From: Nitrosarchaeum sp.
Lineage (GTDB): Archaea; Thermoproteota; Nitrososphaeria; Nitrososphaerales; Nitrosopumilaceae
Length of the DNA: 64,000 bases
Assembly: GCA_965223865.1 (NCBI GenBank)
Contig: OZ245020.1
Span: forward strand, 1,856,001-1,920,000
Direction of reading: 5' to 3'
Of the stretch, positions 40,352 to 50,479 are shown piece by piece (position 1 is the stretch's first letter; each line of letters starts with the position of its first letter). The translations under genes were made by a program, and so were the position numbers. The notes beneath the pieces were generated by a model. That model searched no databases. It was not told the DNA's origin and saw only the letters and a program-made list of their open reading frames with translations.

Positions 40352-40525
40352 TCATATTCTGCCACATTATGTTTGAAAGAGAACTTAACGCTTGAGTTCT
40401 AATCCCGGTAACGGTACTTAACGTCAATCATTTTCATGACACAATTCAAACCGTATCAAATTAGAAATTAAAGACTCAGATCCAAATTTGAAATTTGCAT
40501 TGTGAGTGTAGGGTTGTGTTAGACT

Positions 40526-42130
40526 TTATTCTAATTCTATTTTGTATATGGTAGTTGTCCCACTGACCTCATTTGTAACTACTAAAAGCGGTTGATCTAT
40601 TGGACTGTGATACTTTGGTATGAATAACAATCCTTCAGGTCCAAGATCTCCTGCTGCTGACAGATCTTCATCTGGTTCAACTGAAAAATCCCTGTTGTTT
40701 ATGTAATCTAGAAATTCTGGATTGTAAGGATTTGTCACATCATAAATCATCATACCTCCCATTCTCTCAAGACCCACAAATGCCAATTGCTTGGAACCAA
40801 TCCTTTCCACAATTACTCCTTCAGGTTCTGGACCTCGGTTGTTACTTCTTTTATCAAACTCGTTATAGTAGTGATTTGCATTAAAGTTGTCTGGAAATTT
40901 ATCTGCAATAATGCGCTCAAAGTCATCACCGCTATCAAAAATCAACTGACCGTCAATGGTCCAAATAGAAAATGATCTGCTTCCAAATGAGTACAATTCA
41001 TCATAATCCCCGTCATTATCAATATCTCCTTCCAACAAGCTTATCTTCAATCGGCCCAGATGGTCATCTTTTTGCAGCATGTTCTTGTCTGGAAATGACT
41101 CAGAGTCCAACCGAATATCAGATACTTTTCTCTCTTCTCTGTCTTCATATCCTACTATGCAATCATAGTTTCTTGGATCACCCTCATTAGCAGTTATCAG
41201 AAACATGTCATTTTTTACAATGAATGAATCAATCGAATCTGGCTGTCGCAGGCCTTTGACAGGCCAATTGGCAATATTGATTTTATCATCTTCATCGCTT
41301 GCATCCATCTCATTTCCCATCACATCATGATCCACATAGCCTAATGGCAGTAATTCTGTAATTTGAGCTGAATTAATGTCAAGAATGGCAACTGCATTAT
41401 TCTCTTGCAGTGTTATTGCAGCAGTTTGAGAGTCAGGCAAAATTGTGATGTACTCAGGCTCCAAGTCTTGAGCAACAGTAGAATTTGGCCCAAATATCCT
41501 AATTCCTTTCTCTCTGAGTTCCTCTTCTTGTCCGTTAAATCGAGAAAAGTCTACAGTGATGACAGTTGGACTGTCTACCCCATGTGAAATGTCTATTATG
41601 CTGATCGAACCTTCTGGATCCAACTTGCCAGTACAGTAAGATATCGGTTCGCCTTCATTTGCCACCAATATCTTATCGCCTACAGGAGTAAAGATTAACA
41701 TGTCGGGAAGATGGCCTACCTGAATCTGATTTAGGTAACCTCCATCAACACCAAAAAAAACTACACTGCCCAGATCGGCTTTTGAGTTGGGCTCTATTGC
41801 AGCTGCAATGATTTGTTTTTTAACATCAATACTGTTTACAACATTGCCATAAGGGGTAATGTCTATTGAGAATTCCAATAATGGGTTTTCAGGACTGCTT
41901 ATATTCAGTACATCTATTGCTTGAGAATCGTCGTTTGTAACAAAGAGACGTTTTGTATATGGATCATATGTTGCTATTTCTGCCCCTGCATTGTCATATA
42001 CTCCTGTTTCATAGGTGCCAAGTGGGGTAACTGTGATTCCTGAATCCGTTTCTGCAAATGAAACATTTTCAAAAGCAATCAGCACCATCAATGATAAGAA
42101 AATTCCTGCCCCACATGTCCAAAAGTTCAA
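40526..42130 (-). CDS. Choice-of-anchor I / alkaline-phosphatase-like secreted protein (intact)
   Basis: Same motifs as 28700-30317 with GDLGPEG intact; signal peptide. Confidence 0.9.
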   Translation of the reverse strand: MNFWTCGAGIFLSLMVLIAFENVSFAETDSGITVTPLGTYETGVYDNAGAEIATYDPYTKRLFVTNDDSQAIDVLNISSPENPLLEFSIDITPYGNVVNSIDVKKQIIAAAIEPNSKADLGSVVFFGVDGGYLNQIQVGHLPDMLIFTPVGDKILVANEGEPISYCTGKLDPEGSISIIDISHGVDSPTVITVDFSRFNGQEEELREKGIRIFGPNSTVAQDLEPEYITILPDSQTAAITLQENNAVAILDINSAQITELLPLGYVDHDVMGNEMDASDEDDKINIANWPVKGLRQPDSIDSFIVKNDMFLITANEGDPRNYDCIVGYEDREERKVSDIRLDSESFPDKNMLQKDDHLGRLKISLLEGDIDNDGDYDELYSFGSRSFSIWTIDGQLIFDSGDDFERIIADKFPDNFNANHYYNEFDKRSNNRGPEPEGVIVERIGSKQLAFVGLERMGGMMIYDVTNPYNPEFLDYINNRDFSVEPDEDLSAAGDLGPEGLLFIPKYHSPIDQPLLVVTNEVSGTTTIYKIELE

Positions 42131-42248
42131 TCTTCATTATGACAAACTTGTTTTGAGATTTCTAGTTCTAGTTGATAGTTTCCATAGGCCTACAGAATTT
42201 CATAATCTATATAGAAAAACAATACCAAAATTTGCAATAAACAATCGT

Positions 42249-42713
42249 ATGGCAAAGCAATATGACAAACTTCTTGTTCCATATGACGGATCCAGCTTTT
42301 CAAAGAAGGCCATTTCTGAAGCTGCAATGATCTCAAAAACATTTGGTTCACAAATCATGATATTAAATGTGGTAAATGAGTCCTCATTTAAGGAGCAGCC
42401 ACCCTCTTTGTTTTCAGGCTATATTCAAGGAACAAAAGTTGTAAAGAATTTTACAAACCAGGCTCTAGAAAATATGGAAAACCTGTTACAGAGTATCTGC
42501 TTTGATCTTGAGAAACAAGGAATTAAAGCAACCAGCCATGTTGTTTCTGGCTATCCAAAAAAAGAGATATTGAAATTTGCCAAGAGGCAAGATGTAGACC
42601 TCATAGTCATGGGAAGCCAGGGACTGGGAGGAATGAAAAAACTCAGAGTCTTAGGAAGTGTAAGTAGATGGATTACAGAAAATTCAGACTGTCCTGTTTT
42701 AATAGTCCATTGA
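42249..42713 (+). CDS. Universal stress protein
   Basis: KLLVPYDGS...DLIVMGSQGLGG...LGSVS...CPVLIVH. Confidence 0.93.
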   Translation: MAKQYDKLLVPYDGSSFSKKAISEAAMISKTFGSQIMILNVVNESSFKEQPPSLFSGYIQGTKVVKNFTNQALENMENLLQSICFDLEKQGIKATSHVVSGYPKKEILKFAKRQDVDLIVMGSQGLGGMKKLRVLGSVSRWITENSDCPVLIVH

Positions 42714-43803
42714 TTTACGCATAAAATCAGTATTCAGTTTTTATCTGCTGCAATTTTATTTTAAAAAATTTACTTCCCTGTGAGATTCACATTCTTTAAT
42801 CAAGGCTCCATCATGATCTTGAATTTTACATCCACAGGTGAAGATTATGTGCATCCTGATTTAGATATTGAGATTTATGATAAAAGAAAATACTTGATAC
42901 ATCACAAAGATTATCTGGATTTACGGTCTTTACGTAAATACTATTGTATTTACTTTAAACTTATACCATGCAAGTAGAGATGCAATGATGTGTTTTGTAA
43001 GTAGCCCCCTACAAGTCGTCTCATTTTCTCTATTGCATCATTGCAATTATCTCACTAATCATACGTGAAATTACCTGAAGCAGCTATTATGAGTAAGAAC
43101 TACGATTTCCCCAATGTTTGAACTAGAAGTTGCAGGTAAAATTCTTTAATTTCTTATGGAATTGATGAGTGTATTTGCTCGATTCTTGTAACACAAATGA
43201 GGATTTGACCAAAGGGTTCTTCAGAGTTCACTTTGAATTCAAAGCACCATAGTTTGATGAAAGAGCACAAAAGATTGCTGCTAAATTAGTGGGGCTATGA
43301 CACCATTGAACTCGAAGCAAACAACGACTCATGTGGATGAATTGGGTGTCATGCAGGTTTACTACATCAAATCCATTTTAAAACATGCATGACATTTCAA
43401 ACCAATGGTTTATTTCTGTAGAACAACCATCTGAATCCTTATCTTATTGTTTTGATGCTTGAAGGCATTATGAAAAAAATGGAGTTTAAGACCAATAACG
43501 AATCGTAATCATCGCTGTGGCAGATGACTTATGCCGGGGACGCAGTTACTTGGTGAGAACTCCAATCACAGTTACACAAGATTGTATTTAACGTGTCAGA
43601 ATATTTTCTTGGTTTGTTATGGAAGGATGATTCAAAACGATAAAACAATTCTGAAATTAATAAATGTGAAAAATTGTCCTGGTGGTATGCTGTGTGTCAG
43701 AATATGTGCAAGATACAAGACTGCAAGAAATACAAGAAACTTAGATTTACTCTAACGTAATAGGATCTCTATCTTTTTTAACTCTGACAAAATAATCACA
43801 TTA

Positions 43804-44922
43804 GTGATTCACAAGAAGTCTTTTCAGTTTCCTGTTATTGCCACTATTCTTATTTCATTTTTAATATCTACAGGCTTTTCAAGCACGTCTTTTGTAGACG
43901 CATATGAGGAGGGTAAAAAAAATGAACATCTCAGAAAACAACTGGAAAGAGGAACCGCCCTTGAGAACGCAGTCTGTAAGCCTGGCTATGTACTGGCAGT
44001 CCTGCAGTCTGACAGGCCTGCATGCTTGAGCCAAACCACTTTTCTAAAGTTAGAAGAACGCGGATACGTAAAGTCAGTAATCAAAGAGTTTCCTCAAGAA
44101 CCATCATCCCCACCAGAAAAAATCAAAAAAGAGACAACCATTCCTACTGCAGAAGCAAATGTGCACTCAGGATCCACCGTCAAAGGAGATACTGGGCAAA
44201 CATCCGCCGCAGAAATAACTAACGTTCCTGCCTCTGCAGGTTCCATAGTGAATTTCTACATCATTGATAATGACCTGAACATAAGCCCCAATGGAGTGGA
44301 CATTGTTGATGTCACCAACCTCCTTCAATTCTCAATAAACGGAATTCCGATAGAGGGTCCAAAAACAATGACTGAGACAGGATCTGACACCGGACAGTTT
44401 TATGTAAAATTGCGACTTCCAGATTCCATAAATGGAAAACCGTTAAGCCAGGACGATGTGGTTGAAGTAAGATACCTTGATGAGTCAGATGCCGGGGGAA
44501 ACCCACAAACAAGTTCAAAATCAATACCATTATCACAGACATATGCCCAGATTCAGACCTCTGGCTACAACGGCAGCGGAGCTAAGACAAGAATCGGACA
44601 TGAGTTTGCCGTAAGGATCTATGAGCCTGATGCAAATCTTGACTCCCGGGATGAAGACAAAATTCCACTCAACAGAATCGAGTACAGGGGAGAGGGAGGA
44701 ATAAGGACAACTTTGGCCAATCCTGTGTTTGATGCAAACATGTCCGTACTTAGGGAGACAGGGGAGAACACTGGAATATTTGAGGTGATAATCAAGATTC
44801 CACGAACAATTGACGGGGACACCGTCCACATTGGCGACTGGTTTGAGCTTAGGTATGTTGACGTGTCTACGCCGTCTAGCTCCTCTGAAGAAATCAAGCT
44901 GCGCGGCAAGATAGGAAGCTAA
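43804..44922 (+). CDS. Secreted S-layer-like Ig-repeat protein
   Basis: Signal peptide, Cys-pair domain (CKPG...PAC...KLEERG), repeated D.D.N...ETG..TG.F units. Confidence 0.75.
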   Translation: MIHKKSFQFPVIATILISFLISTGFSSTSFVDAYEEGKKNEHLRKQLERGTALENAVCKPGYVLAVLQSDRPACLSQTTFLKLEERGYVKSVIKEFPQEPSSPPEKIKKETTIPTAEANVHSGSTVKGDTGQTSAAEITNVPASAGSIVNFYIIDNDLNISPNGVDIVDVTNLLQFSINGIPIEGPKTMTETGSDTGQFYVKLRLPDSINGKPLSQDDVVEVRYLDESDAGGNPQTSSKSIPLSQTYAQIQTSGYNGSGAKTRIGHEFAVRIYEPDANLDSRDEDKIPLNRIEYRGEGGIRTTLANPVFDANMSVLRETGENTGIFEVIIKIPRTIDGDTVHIGDWFELRYVDVSTPSSSSEEIKLRGKIGS

Positions 44923-44949
44923 TTCCTCATTTCTGTTTGTTTTTTCACC

Positions 44950-46281
44950 ATGTTTGAGAACAAATATTTCACAAACAATATCAGGCAGATGTTTCTTTTG
45001 AGTTGTAGTTTGCAAAAGACGCATTGGGTCTTATTGGTAGTAGTGTCAATATCGCTTATGACCGGCATTTTTACCAATCCGGTCCATGCTGCTGCACCAT
45101 TAGGCTTTGACAAGCCAACATACACGTGGACTGACAAGATCTTCATCACCATAGTTGCACCTGACTTTAATTTTGACACGCATTCAATTGATGAGATTGG
45201 AAATGATTCCTTTAACCCAGTAAAGATTTCAACGCGAGGTCATACGCTTGACCAGTACAAGCTAGTTGAGACCGGCCCCAGTACTGGGATATTTACGGGA
45301 GAGATAATCCTCACTGGATTCTGCCATGACGCTGACGGCAATACTGGTACCGGAATTCAGTCACGAAACTCTTCTGAATGCAACATAGGAGATGACACCA
45401 ATCCCAGAACCGGACCGTCACAGAATGGTGGTCCCACAAACGGGTTTTTAGAGGCAGACAATGATGACGGAATAACCATCTCATTTGAATACACTGAAAA
45501 TGAGACAGTCCTGGGCTCTACTCCCATCAGGTGGAATATTGGGGAAGTACAGTGGCTTGAGGCAAGCTATCCTGCAACAGGGACTGGAATAATACGCGTT
45601 ATTGATCCTGACATGAATCTGAATCCTGAGGCCGTTGACAATTTTGGCATTGATGTATGGTCTGACTCTGATGCTGGAGGTATTGATCTGACAGTAACTG
45701 AGACAGGTGAGATGACAGGTGTGTTTGAAGGAACTGTATTTTTTAGCACCACAAACGAGTCCTCTGGCAGCAGGTTATTGGTTGGACAAGGTGACACAGT
45801 GACTGCAGAGTATGAAGACAATACATTGCCAAAACCATACACGATAGCAGACGAACTTGATGTAACTGCAACTGCAATCATAGGTACTGTTGTACCGCCT
45901 CTTGAGAGGATAACCGTTAATGGATGCAAAACAGTAGATCCTTTTGGAAACGCATTGAGTAATGTGTCAGTTACCCAGCAGACCCTAATTACGTGTGAGT
46001 TGTCAAACGGCCAGAACAAAGAACAGCAGTTTGCGTATCTTGTCCAGATAAAAAATTCTGGTAATGATAATGATGATAATGGTGGCAGCAATAGTGATGG
46101 CATGACAGTTCATCTATCTTGGATGACCGGATCTCTTTTTTCAGGACAAACTCTTAGTCCTTCTCTGTCATGGAGTCCACAAAACCCAGGAACCTATGAT
46201 GTTACCGTGTTTGTGTGGGAAGGCATTAACAATCCCACACCACTAACAAATCCTGCATTTATGGTTATAGATGTCAATTAA
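44950..46281 (+). CDS. Secreted S-layer (SlaA-like) domain protein
   Basis: Repeated ETG..TG.F.G units; C-terminal YLVQIKN...SWSP..PGTY.VTVFVWE domain. Confidence 0.75.
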   Translation: MFENKYFTNNIRQMFLLSCSLQKTHWVLLVVVSISLMTGIFTNPVHAAAPLGFDKPTYTWTDKIFITIVAPDFNFDTHSIDEIGNDSFNPVKISTRGHTLDQYKLVETGPSTGIFTGEIILTGFCHDADGNTGTGIQSRNSSECNIGDDTNPRTGPSQNGGPTNGFLEADNDDGITISFEYTENETVLGSTPIRWNIGEVQWLEASYPATGTGIIRVIDPDMNLNPEAVDNFGIDVWSDSDAGGIDLTVTETGEMTGVFEGTVFFSTTNESSGSRLLVGQGDTVTAEYEDNTLPKPYTIADELDVTATAIIGTVVPPLERITVNGCKTVDPFGNALSNVSVTQQTLITCELSNGQNKEQQFAYLVQIKNSGNDNDDNGGSNSDGMTVHLSWMTGSLFSGQTLSPSLSWSPQNPGTYDVTVFVWEGINNPTPLTNPAFMVIDVN

Positions 46282-46652
46282 GATGCTTTAGGAACTTGAG
46301 AATTTTCCCCTAATCTTTTATCATGTTATTTCCTGTATGTTAGTGACCTGAACAGAATGAAAAATGTTCAGTAAGTTCTGGGGCCCAAACAATTTTTTGC
46401 ATTATATGTCCATTCCCAAAAAAATAACTTCCAATAATCTTTTTGACATTTGAGGTTTCTTTAGGGAGGGTTTTCAAAAACTACGTTCGGTTGTCTTCTG
46501 GACATTTATCTTTCCTTTTTAAGGTGGAGATGTGAACAAGTTGACCAAATCTCCCTCCCGGTGCCAAATTCAAGCGTTTAGAGCCTTTACATTCAATTAA
46601 AGAATCTCAAATTCTCAACACATACTCTTTTCTCAAAATCTTTTGCACAGTT

Positions 46653-46832
46653 TCAAAATATTCTCTTCTGGTGTTTTTTAACAACCTCCATCTTGTCTTC
46701 ATTTCCAAATTCAGTCTCTTGAATATTCTTAATGTCCTCATCCTTGTAATCCTCACCCAATTCTTCCTTTGCGATATCAACCAACTGCTTGATTCGAAGC
46801 TTTTTTCTCCAGGCTTGGGCATATTCTGCCAT
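46653..46832 (-). CDS. 59-aa hypothetical protein
   Basis: MAEYAQAWRKKLRIKQLVDIAKEELGEDY...; more protein-like than the overlapping track ORF. Confidence 0.45.
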   Translation of the reverse strand: MAEYAQAWRKKLRIKQLVDIAKEELGEDYKDEDIKNIQETEFGNEDKMEVVKKHQKRIF

Positions 46833-47039
46833 GACTTTTCTAGTTTTTTATGATCTTTAAAGGTCACTACGTTATGTCATGCAATGAATTTCTCTTATTA
46901 AAAATAAATGAAATTCCAGGCTCGCAAGTTCAGAAACTGAACTGTCTATTCACATCTTAATTCAAAACAAGAACAAAAGAGAATCAAAAAGTTTGGTTGA
47001 TCCCAAATACTTCTGGCACGTCACATTGGTTGACAAAAC

Positions 47040-47261
47040 ATGAGTACATACAACATACAAGAAAAAGTCTCTGAGAACAAAAAGACAAAACTCGGAGTAG
47101 TCGGCTTGATTGCCTTGCCGATAGCTGCTGCAATGTACAGTTCAGGAACTGTATCATTAGAACAAGTGCCACAAATACTTACAAGCGGAGTATTTCCAAT
47201 TGGATTTACCTTGTTCTCATGGGCAATTGCAGTTAAAATGGCAATGAAATTGAGAAAGTAA
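47040..47261 (+). CDS. Small two-TM membrane protein
   Basis: 73 aa, two hydrophobic helices. Confidence 0.7.
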   Translation: MSTYNIQEKVSENKKTKLGVVGLIALPIAAAMYSSGTVSLEQVPQILTSGVFPIGFTLFSWAIAVKMAMKLRK

Positions 47262-47330
47262 GATCTACTCTTACCTTTTCTATCTTTTTACAATTTGTTC
47301 CTACTGCGTCCAAAATAGTCACTAAAAACC

Positions 47331-47351
47331 TTCAAATCCCGACGGGAGCAT
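47331..47351 (+). repeat. attR core
   Basis: Identical to 196-216. Confidence 0.93.
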
Positions 47352-47374
47352 TATTTTAAAAATAAAAAAAGAAG

Positions 47375-48154
47375 CTAGTTGCTTCCTATCAAGAATATTA
47401 CGCTTGCTGTAGTAGTGATGTCTTGGTCTGAAGAAAACACAGGAGTTGATGACTTGAATGACGCATCTTCGGCAAATGCAGCCCCACTATACAATGGTAT
47501 TGGTGGAGGAACTCCAAATTCAGAAAGACTAACTGCTTTTACTCCAATAATTTTATGGTTTAAGGGAGCAAGTGCGTTTTCTGCTTTCTTTTTTGCGTTA
47601 AGTACTGCCTGGCCTAAAAGATCATCTTTTAGATCAATTTCTGTCTGAGGAGAAAGTGTAAAGTATACATTATCAACTCTGTTTGCACCAGATGATACAG
47701 CACTATCAATAATATCTGCTGCCATGTCAAGTTGAGATGTTTCAGCTGTTATTGTATTTGTTACGCGGTATCCAACAAGTTCCTGTGTATATCTTTCAGT
47801 TTTTGGATCTCTATAGTTGTCGTATACAGGATAAATGGTAAGACGAGAAGTGCTAATTTCATCTTCTAAAATTCCTAGAGATGTGATTGCGTCAACAACA
47901 GAAGTCATTGCATCAGAATTTTTAGACAGTGCTTCTTTAGCTGTCTTTTCTTGAGTTTCCATTCCAAATGTAATTACCAACAAATCGGGTTCAACAGAAG
48001 CCGTAGCTGTTCCTGTTATGGAGATCACCTTTTCTCTTGATGGAAAAGGAGTTGTCTCTGCCTCAGCTTGATTACCTGCAAGTGTCAAATTTGCAGCAAA
48101 AGCAAAAACAAAGACCAGTCCTGCTATTGCGGCAAGTTTCACTTGTTTGTTCAT
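47375..48154 (-). CDS. SIMPL domain (DUF541) protein
   Basis: ISITGTATASVEPD...GYRVTNTI...GANRVDNVYF. Confidence 0.92.
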   Translation of the reverse strand: MNKQVKLAAIAGLVFVFAFAANLTLAGNQAEAETTPFPSREKVISITGTATASVEPDLLVITFGMETQEKTAKEALSKNSDAMTSVVDAITSLGILEDEISTSRLTIYPVYDNYRDPKTERYTQELVGYRVTNTITAETSQLDMAADIIDSAVSSGANRVDNVYFTLSPQTEIDLKDDLLGQAVLNAKKKAENALAPLNHKIIGVKAVSLSEFGVPPPIPLYSGAAFAEDASFKSSTPVFSSDQDITTTASVIFLIGSN

Positions 48155-48260
48155 ATGATGATAATCAGGTGTTACTATTTATGAAATACGTCTAAAAGAT
48201 ACGGATTTTTGATAATCAGAAAATAGTTTCTTTAAATAATTAAAAGATGACACAAATCTG

Positions 48261-48917
48261 TTGGGATTAAGAGACATTCAACTTAAAGAAGAATATAGGT
48301 CTGACAGAAATGACATAGTTGCAGAATTTTTCTTTCCATGCTTAAGTCATTGTATAGAGTATGATAGATGTGTCGATTTAATTTCGATTCAGACATTAGC
48401 TACAATATCTATGGCATTTGATAATTTTGCCTCAGGAAAAGCAAAATTAAGAATGATTACAGGACACAGATTCAAAATTTCTGATCTTAATATCCTCACA
48501 AAAGTATTCTCAGAAAAATATACCAAAGGATTTGAAGGTACTTTTATCAAAGACACCAAGATTCAAAAACTCCAAGATTTTGTCAATAATGGTCAAATGG
48601 AATTAAAGATCGCAATACCAAATTCAGAGAAAATTACAAATTCATTTTCTGAAAGAATTGGCATATTCATAGGTGAACATGATCAAACAGTTGCATTTAC
48701 TGGAACATCAATGGAATCCTTCTCCACACAAACAAGAGATTTTGAATCAGTGGATGTCTTCACATCATGGAATGATAAATCTAGAGTTGAGAGGAAAATT
48801 AAAGACTTTGAAGAGTTGTGGAAAAATGAAACGAATAATATCGAAGTATATGATTTTGTATATGCTGAAAAGAAAAGCTTACTGAAATATTCCTCAGAGT
48901 GGGCATTTAGTATTTAG
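48261..48917 (+). CDS. Stand-alone PLD-like domain related to the N-terminus of ResIII-type helicases
   Basis: YRSDRNDIVAEFFFPCL...ERIGIF...VAFTGT...FESVDVFTSW. Confidence 0.65.
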   Translation: MGLRDIQLKEEYRSDRNDIVAEFFFPCLSHCIEYDRCVDLISIQTLATISMAFDNFASGKAKLRMITGHRFKISDLNILTKVFSEKYTKGFEGTFIKDTKIQKLQDFVNNGQMELKIAIPNSEKITNSFSERIGIFIGEHDQTVAFTGTSMESFSTQTRDFESVDVFTSWNDKSRVERKIKDFEELWKNETNNIEVYDFVYAEKKSLLKYSSEWAFSI

Positions 48918-49477
48918 AGATGAAAAGGTTTTTCTAAACCAGTTTTGTTTTCATAAAAATCCATTTTGTTTATTTTGTAGTAAATGACCTCACCTCTTCG
49001 TTCAATGACAGCAATTACTGGTTCCTTTCCCATTTGTGTAATTTGATCAATTTTTTTTTGAAGATGTCCCATTTTTTCTTGTTGGCCTTCATTTAATCCA
49101 AATATCAGAAATTTTGCTCCTTTTTCACCAAACTGACCTCTCTCATAAACTCTAAAGTCAGATCCAAATCCAAATCCATCTTTTACAACATAACCTCGAT
49201 TTCTCAAATCACGATATATCAAAAATTTTGTTAAAATTTCATTATCTTTTTTTTGGCAAAGATTCAGCATAGTGTCAAAATCAATCTTTTTTTTTCTTTT
49301 TGTGAGTATCAATTTTTCCAAATAAAGTAAATAAAGAGATTCAAATGGTTCTAGAAGTAACTTTTCTTTTTCAATTTCTCCAAAACCCTTGAGTTGGAGA
49401 TCATGAATCATTTCCCTTTTAGATATACTTACTTGGTCTACTACTAATTCTCCTTCAACAAGTGGGGTTTCTTCCAT
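48914..49477 (-). CDS. endA: tRNA-intron endonuclease
   Basis: FLIYRDLRNRGYVVKDGFGFGSDFRVYERG. Confidence 0.92.
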   Translation of the reverse strand: MEETPLVEGELVVDQVSISKREMIHDLQLKGFGEIEKEKLLLEPFESLYLLYLEKLILTKRKKKIDFDTMLNLCQKKDNEILTKFLIYRDLRNRGYVVKDGFGFGSDFRVYERGQFGEKGAKFLIFGLNEGQQEKMGHLQKKIDQITQMGKEPVIAVIERRGEVIYYKINKMDFYENKTGLEKPFHL

Positions 49478-49574
49478 GATTAAGATGAAGTCATGTATTT
49501 TCAATATAAGCATTGGAAAAATAGAATTGATTGATGTCTAACCGTTAAAATATGGGGATTTTGGTTTTTTTATC

Positions 49575-50087
49575 ATGCATGGAGCAAACTATAGAGATGG
49601 TACTGGACAACCATTTACTAGAAAACAATACATCAAAGGTAAGCCACAAATAAAAATTGCAAAATTTCAAGGTGGTAAGAGAGGAAATTATCAGTATTGT
49701 GTGCAGTTGCTTTTAAATGAAAAAATTCAGATTCGACATATGGCAATTGAATCATGCAGATTAGCAGCAAACAAAACACTTGAAAAAACAACTGGTGAAT
49801 CAGGATACTATTCAAGGCTGAGAATTTACCCACATAACTTGTTAAGAGAAAATAAAATGATTGCAGCAGCTGGTGCAGACAGACTCCAAGAAGGTATGAG
49901 AAGAGCATGGGGCAAAGCAACAAGCCTTGGTGCTAGAGTAAGGCAAGGTCAATGCATCATGGAGTTATACGTAAACACAGAGGCACATGTAGAGGCAGCT
50001 AAAAAATCGTTAAAAAGTGCATGTGTAAAATTACCAGGAACACCAACAATTAAGGTTGTAAATTGGGATGGAAAACCATCACCATAA
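49575..50087 (+). CDS. rpl10e: 50S ribosomal protein L10e (uL16)
   Basis: RIYPHNLLRENKM...GADRLQEGMRRAWGK. Confidence 0.97.
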   Translation: MHGANYRDGTGQPFTRKQYIKGKPQIKIAKFQGGKRGNYQYCVQLLLNEKIQIRHMAIESCRLAANKTLEKTTGESGYYSRLRIYPHNLLRENKMIAAAGADRLQEGMRRAWGKATSLGARVRQGQCIMELYVNTEAHVEAAKKSLKSACVKLPGTPTIKVVNWDGKPSP

Positions 50088-50342
50088 GTCTTCGAATTTG
50101 GATTTTCTATCTTCGATAAATTCTAAAAATTCTTGAAATTCAAAATTAGTGGGTTCTCTTTTTAGGATTCTTTTTGATTGATAATAAAATGCATTATAGA
50201 TACGTCCTACAACAATTCCAAGAATAAAGGATTTCGAAGTATCAATAGAAGATAAATTTTCAGATAATTGAATAATTTCTTGTTTATTTGAAATGGTCTC
50301 CTGAATTTTTTGCTCCAATTTTTTTATTATATTTTCATCCAT
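50079..50342 (-). CDS. Conserved hypothetical protein
   Basis: 87-aa ORF (GRIYNAFYYQSKRILKREPT). Confidence 0.75.
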   Translation of the reverse strand: MDENIIKKLEQKIQETISNKQEIIQLSENLSSIDTSKSFILGIVVGRIYNAFYYQSKRILKREPTNFEFQEFLEFIEDRKSKFEDLW

Positions 50343-50405
50343 TAGTTTTCTTAGCTGAAATAGTTAAAAACAGTTTAATATCCAAATTTTACCCTTAGGG
50401 ATGTT

Positions 50406-50479
50406 GCAGTCATAGTACAGTTTGGTTAATATTCGAGCTTGCCAAGTTCGTGACCCGGGTTCGAATCCCGGTGACTGCA
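50406..50479 (+). tRNA. tRNA-Gly(GCC)
   Basis: Acceptor GCAGTCA/TGACTGC, anticodon arm CGAGC-TT(GCC)AA-GTTCG, T-arm CCGGG-TTCGAAT-CCCGG. Confidence 0.96.

Larger units (their letters stand above)
196..47351. mobile_element. ~47-kb integrated element (ICE-like genomic island) at tRNA-Glu
   Basis: 21-bp direct repeat TTCAAATCCCGACGGGAGCAT at 196-216 and 47331-47351; integrase beside the tRNA; VirB4-like ATPase inside; core genes resume right after 47351. Confidence 0.93.

Noticed and set aside
42780-43760. Short ORFs and a GCCGGGG tRNA-like start near 43533
   Set aside because: No cloverleaf and no recognisable motifs; probably decayed sequence
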